A stretch of 64,000 nt of DNA from an uncultured Actinomycetes bacterium (GCA_963832225.1 CAWHTI010000002.1:298-64297); one strand, 5' to 3'. Shown: positions 49,358 to 60,509, counted from the stretch's first letter. Numbers and translations are program-made. Notes: generated by a model from the sequence alone, not told the origin.

Positions 49358-49385
49358 CACGGGGGCCGCGGACGCGGCCCCCGTG
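49358..49385 (+). promoter_or_regulatory. Intercistronic GC stem-loop between the binding-protein and permease genes
   Basis: The arms cacgggggccgcg and cgcggcccccgtg are perfectly complementary (13 nt each) around a ga centre. It begins 15 nt after the stop at 49343. Confidence 0.5.
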
Positions 49386-49416
49386 GCCTCCGTTCCCCTC
49401 GCCGCCGTCCATCGCC

Positions 49417-50324
49417 ATGGCCACGCGCGCTGACTCCCGCACTCCGTCGGGGCCGGTCCGGCGGATCTCCGCGGCCCTGTTCCGTCACCGCGGACTGAAG
49501 CTCGGCCTCACGCTGGGTCCGCCGCTGCTCTGGATGCTCGTCGTGTACCTGGGCGCGCTCGCGTTCCTCTTCGTCGCCGCCTTCTGGCGGCTCGACACCT
49601 TCTCCGGGCTCCTGGTGAAGGAGTACGGCCTGTCGAACTTCCACGCTGCTCTGGCAGGAGTCGGTCTACCGGACGATCACCCTTCGCACGGTCGGCATCG
49701 CGGCGGCCGTCACGGTGACGGACGTGGTCGCTCGCGTTCCCGCTCGCCTACTACGCCGCGCGGGTCGTCACGCCGCGGTTCCGCAGCGCGCTCCTGATCG
49801 CGGTCGTGATGCCGTTGTGGGTCAGCTACCTGGTGCGCGTCTTCGCGTGGCGGCTGATCCTCACACCGAACGGCTTCCTGAACTGGCTCGACGGAGCGCA
49901 CCGGGATCGGTTCGCTGCAGATCGGCAACTCGAAGTGGGCGCTGTGGCTCGTCTTCACCTACCTGTGGCTGCCGTTCATGGTGCTGCCGATCTACACGTC
50001 GCTGGAGCGGATCCCCGAGTCCTTCCTCGAGGCCTCGCGGCGACCTGGGCGGCAGGGGATGGATCACGTTCCGCCGCGTCGTGTGGCCGCTGGCCTTCCC
50101 GGGGATCGTGGCGGGCTCGATCTTCACGTTCTCGCTGACGCTCGGCGACTACATCGCGCCGAGCCTGGTGGCGAACACGAAGTTCATCGGCAACGTCATC
50201 TTCGACAGCGTCGGCGTGGCGAACAATGTGCCGCTGGGGGCCGCGTTCGCGCTGGTGCCGGTCGTGATCATGGCGGTGTACCTGCTGCTCGCGAAGCGGC
50301 TCGGGCGCGTTCGAGGCGCTGTAG
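49417..50324 (+). pseudogene. ABC importer permease (PotB-like), frameshifted
   Basis: Pieces are LGPPLLWMLVVYLGALAFLFV.., VMPLWVSYLVRVFAWRLIL, FMVLPIYTSLERIPESFLEASRDLGG (EAA loop) and VWPLAFPGIVAGSIFTFSLTLGDY, spread across three frames. Confidence 0.75.
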
Positions 50325-50332
50325 GAGGAGCG

Positions 50333-51170
50333 ATGGAAAGCAGGGGCGGCCGCGTCGCGATCCGGGGTCTACGCCTGGCTGGCGATCGCGTTCGTCTACG
50401 TCCCCCTGCTGATCGTCGTCCTCTACGCGTTCAGCGCGAAGCGTCGGGCAGAAGTGGCCGATCGAGGAGTACACGACGCGGTGGTTCGGCGTCGCCTGGC
50501 GCAACGGCGAGGTGCGCGAGGCGGTGGCGAACTCCGTGGAGATCGCGCTGATCGCGACCGTGCTCGCGCTGGTCCTGGGGAGCCTCGCGGCCTTCGCGGT
50601 GCACCGGTTCGGGTTCTTCGGCCGCAACGTCGTCTCGCTGGTGCTGGTGCTGCCGATCGCGCTGCCCGGGATCGTAACGGCGATGGCGCTCAACTCGGCC
50701 TTCGTGACCGCCGGCATCCGGCTCAGCCTGTTCACGATCTTCGTCGGGCACTCCACGTTCTGCATCGTCGTGATCTACAACAACGTGATCGCGCGGCTGC
50801 GACGGACGCCGACCTCGCTGGTCGAGGCGTCGATGGACCTGGGCGCGGACGGATGGCAGACGTTCCGGCACGTCACGCTGCCCGCGATCCGCACGGCGCT
50901 GGTGGCCGGGGCCCTGCTGGCGTTCGCGCTCTCCTTCGACGAGATCGTCGTGACGAACTTCGTCTCCGGCTCGGAGATCACGCTGCCGAAGTTCATCTTC
51001 AACAATCTGCGCCTGCCCAGGACCGGCCGGTCGTGAACGTCGTGGCGATCGCCGTGGTGCTGCTCTCGATCATCCCGGTGTACCTGGCGCAACGGCTGGC
51101 CGGTGGGCCGGACGCGATCGCGGCGGCGGCCGCAGGCAGCAGAGCGGCGCCGGCGGCTAGCCGGCGATAG
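50333..51170 (+). pseudogene. ABC importer permease (PotC-like), frameshifted
   Basis: Pieces are YAWLAIAFVYVPLLIVVLYAF, ANSVEIALIATVLALVLGSLAAFAV, LVEASMDLGADGWQTFRHVTLPAI (EAA loop) and LLAFALSFDEIVVTNF. Confidence 0.75.
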
Positions 51171-51675
51171 AGGTACTGCCCGCGGTCCGGCGGCCCGGCG
51201 GGGAGCCTGCCTCCTCGGTTCGGGCTGGCCGCCGGGCAGGCCCCGCCGCCGGAGCTCCTCGAACTGCTGGCGGGCGGCCGCCTGCTGGGCGAACATCGCG
51301 GCCTGGATGCCGTGGAACAGGCCCTCGAGCCAGCCCGACGAGCTGCGCCTGCGCGATGCGGATCTCCGACTCGGAGGGGACGCCCTCGAGCGGGGGCGCG
51401 AGCTCGGCGAGCTCGTCCTGGAGGTCCTGGGAGATCGACTCGCCCAGCTCGCTCACCGAGCGCTGGTAGATCTCGGCCAGCCGTCGCCGGCCGCCCTCGT
51501 CCAGCGTGGCCTGGCGCGTGTCGTCGAGGAGCTGGCGGACCATGGACGCGATCCGTAGGAGCTTCGCCGGCTCCATGACGGTCTCCGGCTGGTGCTGCGC
51601 CTGGTCCGGCGCTCCCGGTGCGGTGGGGTCGATGACCTCGACCTGGGGGGCCGCCTGACCCTCGGGTGCGCTCAT
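51157..51675 (-). pseudogene. bpa: Bacterial proteasome activator (Bpa/PafE)-like protein, frameshifted 3' part
   Basis: The segment EPAKLLRIASMVRQLLDDTRQATLDEGGRRRLAEIYQRSVSEL..SESEIRIAQAQLVG resembles my recollection of mycobacterial Bpa (QPAKVMRIGTMIKQLLEEVR..DAELRIAQAQLVGWLEGLF). LEGLFHGIQAAMFAQQ continues in another frame. GQYL codons lie at 51170-51181. Confidence 0.6.
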
Positions 51676-51770
51676 GGACCCAACCTAGCAGTCCGGCCGC
51701 GGTTCGCCGTGCGACGTGGGGGCCGTGGGGGCCGGGCCGGGGAGGCCCGGAACCGTTCGCGGATGCGGCG

Positions 51771-53127
51771 TCAGCCGGCGAGGTTGCGCAGGAACAGCGC
51801 CTGGGCGAGCGCCATCCGCTCCAGGTCCGCCAGGTCGACGCTCTCGTCGATGGAGTGGTAGGCGGATCGATCGTCGCCGGCGCCCCAGATCAGGACCGGC
51901 AGCCCGGGGAACGTCTGGGCCAGCAGGGGCACGAGCGGGATCGAGCCGCCGCTGCCCATCTCCACCACCTCGGCGCCGAAGGCCTCGGCCAGCGCGTGCT
52001 TGGCGGCGCGGTACGCGGGCGGTGGTGGTGTCGACGAGGTAGCCCATCCCGGCCTCGTCGCCCTCGATCGCGACGCGCACGCCCCAGGGCGCGGCCGGCG
52101 CGGAGGTGCGCGATCAGCGCGTCACGCCCGGCCACCGGGTCGTCGCCCGGCGCCAGGCGGAGGCTCACCCGCGCGCGGGCCGTCGGCACGAGCTGGTTCG
52201 AGGACTCGACCACGCTCGGGCGCATCGATCCCCAGCACGTCCACGGCCGGCCGCGAGAGCAGCCGGTCGCTGAGCGGGCCCGTCCCGATCATCCGCACCG
52301 AGTCGAACACGCCCGACTCCGCCCGGAACTCGTCCTCCGGGATCGGCGTGCCCTCCCACGTGAACCGGCGGAGCCCGTCGATCGCGACGTCGCCGGCGTC
52401 GTCGTGCAGGCGAGGCGATCATGCGGGCGAGCGCCGTGATCGCGTCGGGGATCGGGCCGCCGTAGGAGCCGCTGTGCTGGGCCCGGGGCAGGACCGAGAC
52501 CTCCACGACGCAGTCGGTGACGCCGCGCACGCTGGTCCCGATCGTCGGGAACGCCGGTCCGGTAGTTGCCGCCGTCGGCCACGACGGCGACGTCGGCCCG
52601 CAGCAGGTCCGCGTGGCCCTGCACGAGCTCGGGCAGGAACTCGGTGCTGCACTCCTCCATCCCCTCCACCAGCACCTTGATGCCGACGCCGAGCGTCGTC
52701 CGCGATCGCCCGCAGCGCGGCGGCGTGGATCACGATGCCGGACTTGTCGTCGGCGGCGCCGCGGCCGTACAGCCGGCCGTCGCGGACGACTCGGCTCGAA
52801 CGGCGGCGACGTCCACTCCGCGGCCGGTCCCTTCGGGCTGCACGTCGTGGTGCGCGTACAGCAGCGCCGTCGGCGCGGCCGCCGGGCGCGGGCAGCTCGC
52901 CGAACACCGCCGGGTGGCCGGCACCGTCGCCCGAGCTCGATCAGCCGCACGTCCTCGCAGACCCGCCTCCCGCAGGATGCGGGCGGTCGCCTCCGCGGAG
53001 GCGCGGACCTGCGCCGGGTCGTGGCCGGGGTGGCCGATCGAGGGGATCCGAACGAGCGCCTCGAGGTCGGAGACGGTGCGCGGCATCTCGGCCGCGATCG
53101 CGGGTGCGAAGCGTCGTCGGTGTCCAT
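51771..53127 (-). pseudogene. M20-family dipeptidase, heavily frameshifted
   Basis: Pieces are LVRIPSIGHPGHD, LLYAHHDVQPEG, GRLYGRGAADDKSGI, VLVEGMEECSTEF, VVADGGNY, TIGTSVRGV..VEVSVL..AQHSGSYGGPIPDA and MGSGGSIPLV. They lie in all three minus frames. Confidence 0.75.
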
Positions 53128-53167
53128 GAGGCCGACACGGCAGCCGGCTCTGCGACGGCACGGCCGC

Positions 53168-53826
53168 CTACGGGGAGAGCCGGTCGATGCCGCCAGCCGG
53201 TCGCCCGTCGCGCGCGTACCGGAACCGGTCGTGCAGCCGCGATCGCCGGCCCTGCCAGAACTCCACGGTCTCGGGGCGAACCACGAACCCGCCCCAGTGG
53301 GGCGGCCGCGGCACGTCGCCCGTCCGCGAACCGCGCGCGCGGTCTGCGGCCACCGCGCGTCGAGCTCGCTCCCGGCTCGCGAGCACGCTGCTCTGGGCGG
53401 ACGCCCACGCGCCGAGCCGGGCCTCGCGCGGCCGCGTGGCGAAGTACGCGTCGGACTCCGCCGGCGTCGACGCGCTCGACGGTGCCGGTCACGTTCACCT
53501 GGCGGTCCAGCCCTTCCACAGGAACACCAGGGCCGCGTGCGGGTTCTCGTCGAGCTGGCGGCCCTTGCGGCTCTCGTAGTTCGTGAAGAACGTGAAGCCG
53601 CGCTCGTCGATGCCGCGCAGCAGCACGTGGCGGACCGACGGGCCGGCCCTGCGCGTCCGCCGTCGCCACGCGCCATGGCGTTCGGGAGCGGGATCCCGGC
53701 GGCCTCGGCGTCCGCGAGCCAGCGACCGGAACTGCTGCGATCGGGTCCGTCGACGAGGTCCTCGCGACGCAGCGGCCGGTCGTCGTGGAATCCGGTGGGG
53801 GCGTTCATCGCTCGAGGATCGGTCAT
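53168..53826 (-). pseudogene. pdxH: Pyridoxamine 5'-phosphate oxidase, frameshifted
   Basis: Pieces are [62 protein letters not shown].., YFATRPREARLGAWAS.QSS and VPRPPHWGGFVVRPETVEFWQGRRSRLHDRFRY. They are spread over three frames. Confidence 0.8.
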
Positions 53827-53845
53827 GGGCGCGGCCATCGTACGG

Positions 53846-53917
53846 TGCCCCCGGCAGGACTCGAACCTGCGCTTCCGGCTCCGGAGGCCGGCACTCTATC
53901 CGCTGAGCTACGGGGGC
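53846..53917 (-). tRNA. tRNA-Arg (anticodon CCG), no encoded CCA
   Basis: The reverse complement folds as a cloverleaf: GCCCCCG TA GCTC AGCGGATA GAGT G CCGGC CTCCGGA GCCGG AAGC GCAGG TTCGAGT CCTGC CGGGGGC A. The anticodon loop is CT-CCG-GA. Confidence 0.9.
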
Positions 53918-53957
53918 CGAGCGCCCGCAGTCTAGCAACGGCATCGTTGCTCACCTG

Positions 53958-54014
53958 CGGGGCTATCGCTTCGCTACTTGAGCCCCCTGCTTGGGGACGA
54001 TCGCTTCGCTGGCC
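53958..54014. repeat. Second locus of the 37-bp repeat family (about 1.6 degenerate copies)
   Basis: The segment ggggctatcgcttcgctacttgagcccc (53958-53985) matches the 40402-40508 unit. It is followed by cttggggacgatcgcttcgctggcc. It lies between tRNA-Arg and the response-regulator gene. Confidence 0.8.
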
Positions 54015-54055
54015 TCCTCCCCGGCGGTCGGAGGGGACTCGCTATGCTCGGGTGT

Positions 54056-54508
54056 ATGGCCCACCGCGTCCTGGTCGTCGACGACGATCCGGTGATCGTC
54101 CGGCTGCTCGAGGTGAACCTCCGGCTGGAGGGCTACGAGGTGGAGACCGCCTCCCGCGGGGACGAGGCGCTGGAGCGCGCCGTCGAGACCTCCCCGGACC
54201 TGATCATCCTCGACGTCATGATGCCCGGCCTCGACGGGTGGGAGACCTGCGCGGCGCCTGCGCGAGCAGCCTGCCTTCGCGGACACGCCCGTGGTCTTCC
54301 TGTCGGCACGAGCCCAGGACGACGACCGCGGCAAGGGCCTGGCGCTCGGGTCGGTCTCCTACGTCACGAAGCCCTTCGACCCCGTCCGCCTGATGGAGCT
54401 GGTGGCGGAGCTGCTGCGCGGCCGGGACGCGCCGGCGTCCGATGGGGATCGCCCGACCCCGACTCCGACGGGGACGGCCCGACCGGCGCGGGCGGGGCCG
54501 GACCGTGA
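54056..54508 (+). pseudogene. Stand-alone CheY-like response-regulator receiver protein, frame hop near ~54245; 3' end uncertain
   Basis: Pieces are MAHRVLVVDDDPVIVRLLEVNLRLEGYEV..PDLIILDVMMPGLDGWETC then RRLREQPAFADTPVVFLSAR..GSVSYVTKPFDP. No DNA-binding domain is present. Confidence 0.7.
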
Positions 54509-56193
54509 TCGACGAGCGGCTCGCGGCCCTCGTTCGCGAGGCCGTGGACGCGCGCGGACCTGGGCCTGGACGCGGCGGCGATCCCGGAGCCCGAGATCCT
54601 CGCGCCCAAGCAGCAGGAGCACGGCGACTTCGCCACGAACGTGGCGCTCGCGCTGGCCGGACGGGCCGGCCGGCCGCCCCGCGAGGTGGCGCAGGCCGTG
54701 CTCGACGGAGCTGCCCGTCGGGGAGGGGTCTGATCGAGCGGGCGGAGGTCGCGGGGCCGGGCTTCCTCAACCTGTTCGTCCGCGACGACTGGCTGCACGA
54801 CGCGCTCCGGGAGGTCGGTGGATCCGGCCGCCGAGTACGGGCGGGCGCCGCGCACGGGCCGCCGCGTGCAGGTGGAGTTCGTGAGCGCGAACCCCACCGG
54901 GCCGCTCACGCTGGGCCACGCGCGCAACGCCGCGATCGGGGACGCGCTGGCGCGGCTGCTGTCGCTTCACGGGCTGGGACGTGGAGCGCGAGTACTACTT
55001 CAACGACGCCGGCGGGCAGATGGACCGCTTCGGCGCGTCCGTGGAGGCGCGCTACCTCCAGGCGGTCGGGCGCGAGGCCGAGGTGCCCGAGGACGGCTAC
55101 CACGGCGAACTACATCGCGGAGCTGGCCGCGGACATCCTGGCGGTCGAGGGCCCGGACCTCGCGGACCTCGCGCCGCGACGAGCGCCTCGTCCGGCTGCG
55201 CGACGGAGGGCGCCCGGCGCGTCCTCGGCGTGGATCCGAGGCACGCTCGAGCGGTTCGGGGTCGCGTTCGACGTGTTCTTCTCCGAGCGAGATCTGCAGG
55301 AACGGGGGGAGATCGACGCCGCGGTGCGAGCGGCTCCGGGATCGCGGCTACCTCTACGAGTCCGAAGGGCGCCCTGTGGTTCCGCGCCACGGAGTTCGGC
55401 GACGACAAGGACCGGGTCGTGATCCGATCCAACGGCGACGCACACCTACTTCGCGGCGGACTGCGCGTACATCGTCGACAAGTTCGGCCGCGGCTTCGAC
55501 CGGCTGCATGTACGTCCTGGGCGCCGACCACCACGGCACCGTCGCGCGGCTCAAGGGCGCGGCCGCAGGCCATGGGCTTCGACGCCGATGTCATGGAGAT
55601 CGTCCTGTACCAGTGGGTGACCGTTCCTCCGCGACGGCGAGCCGATGCCGATGAGCAAGCGGGCCGGCACGTTCATCACGCTCGACGAGCTGATCGACGA
55701 GGTGGGCGTCGACGCCGCCCGGTTCACGCTGCTGCTGTTCTCGAACGACTCCACGATGAACTTCGACATCGAGGCCGTGAAGCGCCAGAGCATGGACAAC
55801 CCCGTCTACTACGTGCAGTACGGCCACGCCAGGATCGCGAGCATCCTGCGCAGGGCCGAGCGCGAGGGGGTGCCCCGCAAGCCCGTCTCCGAGGCGGACC
55901 TGTCCCTGCTGGTGCACGAGGCGGAGCTCGACCTGCTGCGGGCGATCGCGGAGCTGCCCGAGCAGATCGCGATGGCCGCCGAGCTCCGGGCGCCGCACCG
56001 TGTCGCGCACGCGGCGCAGGAGCTCGCGGCGCGCGTCCATCGCTTCTACACGGAGTGCCGCGTGGTCTCCGACGACGCCGAGCTCACGCAGGCCCGCCTG
56101 TGGCTGAGCGAGGGCGCCCGTCGGTCGATCGCGACCCTGCTGTCGTTGCTGGGCGTCTCGGCGCCGGAGTCCATGGAACGCGTCGATGGCTGA
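54505..56193 (+). pseudogene. argS: Arginine--tRNA ligase, many frame hops
   Basis: Pieces are [71 protein letters not shown] (HIGH region), [24 protein letters not shown] and [19 protein letters not shown] (KMSK). It ends YYVQYGHARIASILR... Confidence 0.9.
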
Positions 56194-58093
56194 GCCGTCC
56201 GCGCCGCGAGACTCCGGGCTCGAGACCGGAGCGGCGGATGAGCCGGCGCAGGAGCGTCGGAGACGCCGGACACGGGGAGCGCGGCCGGCCCGCCCTGGCC
56301 CGCCTCCGCGCGCATCGGACCCAGCGGGCTCACCGTCGCGGGGCTGCCTGCGGAGGAGCTCGCGGCGCGGCACGGCACGCCGCTGGTCGTCGTCGACGAG
56401 GATGACCTTCGCGCCCGCTGTCGCACGATGCGGGCCCGGTGGCCGCGCGTGTGCTACGCGGTGAAGGCGTTCACGACGCACGCCGTCATGCGGATCGCGG
56501 TCGAGGAGGGCCTCGACCTGCTGGTCGCCACCGGTGGCGAGCTGGAGGCCGCGCTCCGCGCGGGGATCCCGGGCATCGCGGGTGGTGATGCACGGCAACA
56601 ACAAGTCCGAGTACGAGCTCCGGCCGCCGTGGAGGCCGGCGTCGGCCTGGTGGTCGTCGACCACGCCGCGGAGCTCGATCGGCTCGACGAGGTCGCCCGC
56701 CGCACGGGCGTGGTGCAGGACGTGCTGCTCCGCGTGATCCCGGCCGTCGATGCCGGCACGCATCCGTCGATCGCCACCGGCCATGCCGAGTCGAGCGTTC
56801 GGCATCCCCGTCCACGAGGTCGTGGACGCCGCGATGCGCTGCGCCCGGCTCCCGGGCGTGCGCCTCGCCGGGCTGCACGCCCACCTCGGCTCCCAGGTGC
56901 TGCGACCGGAGCCGTACCTGGAGGAGGTCGACGTCCTGCTCGGTCTCCTGGCGTCGGTGCGACGACGCCACGGGTTCGACGCCGGGGATCCTGGACCTCG
57001 GCGGCGGCTTCGGGGTCCGGTACACCGACGAAGACCCGCTCGACATCGACTGCCCTTGCCCAGACGGTCCTGGCGCGCGTCGGCCGGGCGTCCGCCGGGC
57101 GCGGCGTCGCGCCCGCCCAGGTCGCGGTGGAGCCGGGCCGCTCGCTCGTCGCCAACACGGCCGTGACGCTCTACCGCGTGGGGGCGGTCAAGGACGTCGG
57201 CGGACGGGCGTTCGCCGCGGTCGACGGCGGCATGTCGGACAACCCTCGGCCGTCCCTGTACGGCGCGCGGTATGAGGTGTCCGCGGTCGCGCCCCGCATC
57301 GGCGACACGCGGCCGTTCACGGTGGTCGGACGGCACTGCGAGTCCGGCGACGTGATGGCCGAGTCGCGTCGAGCTTCCCGGCGATCTGGCCACCGGCGAC
57401 GTTCTGGCCGTGGCCGCGACGGGCGCATACACGTACGCCATGGCGAGCACCTACAACCGCGTGGGCCGCCCGGCCGTGGTGGGCGTGCGGGCCGGGGTCG
57501 CCACGCCGTGGCTCCGGCGCGAGGATGCGGCGGACCTCGACCGGCTGGAGACCGCGGCGCACGGGACGACGGCGCGTGGCGCCGTACCCGACGGGATCAC
57601 GATCCGTGTCGCCGTGCCCGGCGATGCCCGCGCCTTCCTCGAGTTCTGGTCGGCGATCGTTGCCGAGGGCAGGTACGTGCGCAGCGAGACGGTGCGCCAC
57701 CCGCCCCGGGTCTACCGCACGCGCTTCCGCCGGGGGTGGACCGAGCGGGAGGCACAGGTCCTGGCGCTGGACGGGGATCGCGTCGTGGGCCACCTCTACG
57801 TCCAGCGCGAGGAGCACCCCGCGACGCGGCACGTCGCGACGCTCGGCATCGCGGTGGCGGCCTCCCATCGCGGCCGCGGCATCGGGGGCGCCCTGATGAG
57901 CGAGTGCCTCCGCTGGGCTCGCGGCGTCGGCGTGGAGAAGGTGCTGCTCTCGGTGTACCCGCACAACACGGCCGCGATCGCGCTCTATCGGAAGTTCGGG
58001 TTCGTCGAGGAGGGCAGGCTCGCGCGGCAGTCGCGCAAGTCCTACGGTGACGAGGACGAGATACTGATGGCCACCTGGCTGGGGCGGGGATAG
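56186..58093 (+). pseudogene. lysA: Diaminopimelate decarboxylase (frameshifted) running in frame into a C-terminal GNAT acetyltransferase domain
   Basis: LysA pieces are HGTPLVVVDEDDLRARC..VCYAVKAFT, MHGNNKSEYEL, LHAHLGSQV, LDLGGGFGV, VEPGRSLVANT, CESGDV and ATGAYTYAMASTYNRVGRPAVV. The same frame (ORF 57410..58093) continues without a stop into ITIRVAVPGDA..LGIAVAASHRGRGIGGALM..AIALYRKFGFVEEG (GNAT). Confidence 0.8.
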
Positions 58094-58096
58094 GGC

Positions 58097-59388
58097 ATGG
58101 CGGAGCGGCTCGTGCGCGTGGGCCTGCTGGGCTGCGGGAACGTGGGCGCGGCGGTGATCCGCCTGCTGCACGAGCACGCGCAGGAGATCGCGCTGCGGGC
58201 CGGATGCCGTCTGGAGGTCGTGCGCGTCGCCGTGCGCGACGCCGGGCGCGCGCGCGACGTGCCGCTGCCACCCGAGGCGTTCACCACGGACGCCCGCGAG
58301 GTCGTGGAGGCGGCCGACGTGGACATCGTCTGCGAGCTGATCGGCGGCGTCGATCCCGCGCGCGAGCTGATCCTCCGCGCGTTCGGCGCGGGCAAGCCCG
58401 TGGTCACCGCCAACAAGGAGCTCGTGGCGAACCACGGACGGGAGCTGTTCGACGCGGCGGACGACGGCGGGCTCGACCTGTACTTCGAGGCCGCCGTCGC
58501 CGGCGGCATCCCGCTGATCCGGCCGCTGAAGGAGTCGCTGGCGGGCGAGCGGATCCGGCGGATGCTCGGCATCGTGAACGGCACGACCAACTACATCCTC
58601 ACGCAGATGTCCGACCACGGCTCGTCGTTCGCCGATGCGCTGGCGGAGGCGCAGCGGCTCGGCTACGCCGAGGCGGATCCCACCGCCGACGTGGAGGGGC
58701 ACGACGCGGCCGCGAAGTGCGCGATCCTCGCGTCGATCGCGTTCAACGCGCGGGTGGTCGCCGGTGACGTCTTCCGGGAGGGGATCTCGGGTGTCACGCC
58801 GCAGGACATCGCCGACGCCCGACCGCATGGGGTACGTGGTGAAGCTGCTGGCGATCGCGGAGCTGCAGGACGAGGCCATCACCGCCCGCGTCCACCCCGC
58901 CATGGTCCCCGCCGCGCATCCGCTGGCGAGCGTTCGCGACGCCTTCAACGCCGTGTTCATCGAGGGCGAGCGGGTCGGGCAGCTGATGTTCTACGGCCGC
59001 GGCGCCGGCGGGGACCCCACGGCGGTCTCCGTGGTGGGCGACCTCGTGACCGTGGCGCGGCAACCTGATCTCGGGGGGCCGCGGCGTGGGCTGCACATGC
59101 CGCCTCGACCGCCGGATCCGCTCGATGGACGACACCACCGGCCAGTACTACCTCAACCTGCACGTCGAGGACCGTCCCGGCGTGCTCGCCGAGATCGCCG
59201 ATCACTTCGGCCGCAACGGCGTCTCGATCGAGCGCGTCTGGCAGGAGGGCTCGGGGGACGAGGCCACGCTCGTGTTCATCACCCACCGCGCCCAGGAGGG
59301 TGCGTTCCAGAAGACGTTGCAGGAGCTGCGTGAACTGAGCGCCGTGCGCGCCGTCCAGAGCGTCCTGCGCGTGGAGGGCGAGGAATGA
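58097..59388 (+). pseudogene. hom: Homoserine dehydrogenase with C-terminal ACT domain, two frame hops (~58820, ~59065)
   Basis: Pieces are VGLLGCGNVGAAV..VVTANKELVA..FEAAVAGGIPLIRPL..GIVNGTTNYILT..LGYAEADPTADVEGHDAA, then MGYVVKLLA.., then YYLNLHVEDRPGVLAEIA (ACT). Confidence 0.9.
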
Positions 59389-60492
59389 GCGACCGGGGAC
59401 CGATGCGGGACGCCCGGACCGCGGACGCCCGGGCCGCCGGAGCGCCCCAGTGGCGGGGGGTGATCGAGGAGTATCGAGACCGGCTGCCGGTGGGCGACGC
59501 CACCCCGGTCGTCACGCTCTGCGAGGGGGGCACGCCGCTCGTGCGCAGCGATGCCGCTGTCGGCGGAGACCGGCTGCGACGTCTGGCTGAAGTACGACGG
59601 AGCCAATCCCACGGGATCGTTCAAGGACCGTGGCATGACGCTCGCCATCAGCAAGGCGGTCGAGGAGGGGGCGAAGGCGGTGGTCTGCGCCTCTACCGGC
59701 AACACGAGCGCGTCGGCGGCCGCGTACGCGGCGAAGGCGGGGTTGACCTGCGCCGTGCTGGTTCCCAAGGGCAAGGTCGCCATGGGCAAGATGGCGCAGA
59801 CGCTCGTGCACGGCGCGCGGGTCCTCGAGGTCGAGGGGAACTTCGACGCCTCGCTCGAGCTCGCCAAGGATCTGTCTGCGCGCTACCCGGTCACGCTCGT
59901 GAACAGCGTGAATCCCTACCGGCTGCAGGGCCAGAAGACGGCGGCGTTCGAGATCTGCGACGCGCTCGGACGCGCGCCCGACCTGCACTGCGTGCCGGTG
60001 GGCAACGCCGGCAACATCTCGAGCCACTGGATCGGGTACTCGGAGTACCTCGCGGACGGCGTGATCCACGAGCCGCCGCGGCTCTTCGGCTTCCAGGCGG
60101 CCGGAGCGGCGCCGCTCGTCGGCGGCGCCCCCGTCCCGGATCCGCAGACGATCGCCACGGCCATCCGCATCGGTAATCCGGCCTCGTGGGACCTCGCGGT
60201 CGGCGCGGCCACCGAGTCCGAGGGTGCGATCGGCGCCGTCACCGACCGGGAGATCCTGGCCGCCTATCGGCGGGTCGCGCACGAGGGGCTGTTCGCCGAG
60301 CCGGCGAGCGCCGCGAGCGTGGCCGGTCTCCTGCATCTGCACGGCGAGGGCCGGCTCACCCCGGGAGCGACCGTGGTCTGCATCCTCACCGGCCACGGAC
60401 TGAAGGATCCGGAGTGGGCGATCTCCGGCGCGGCCCATCCCGTGGCGGTCCCGCCCGACCCCGCCGCGGTGGCCGCCGAGCTCGGGCTGTAG
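59385..60492 (+). pseudogene. thrC: Threonine synthase, one frame hop near ~59550
   Basis: Pieces are [25 protein letters not shown] then [18 protein letters not shown] (PLP lysine), [12 protein letters not shown] and [11 protein letters not shown]. Confidence 0.9.
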
Positions 60493-60509
60493 CGCGGTAA
60501 GGTCCGCGC

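Noticed and set aside
53846-54056. tRNA-Arg as an attB with an adjacent integrated element
   Set aside because: The flanking genes on both sides (pdxH and the response regulator/argS) are core housekeeping genes of the same composition. No integrase or att-like duplication of the tRNA 3' end is present.
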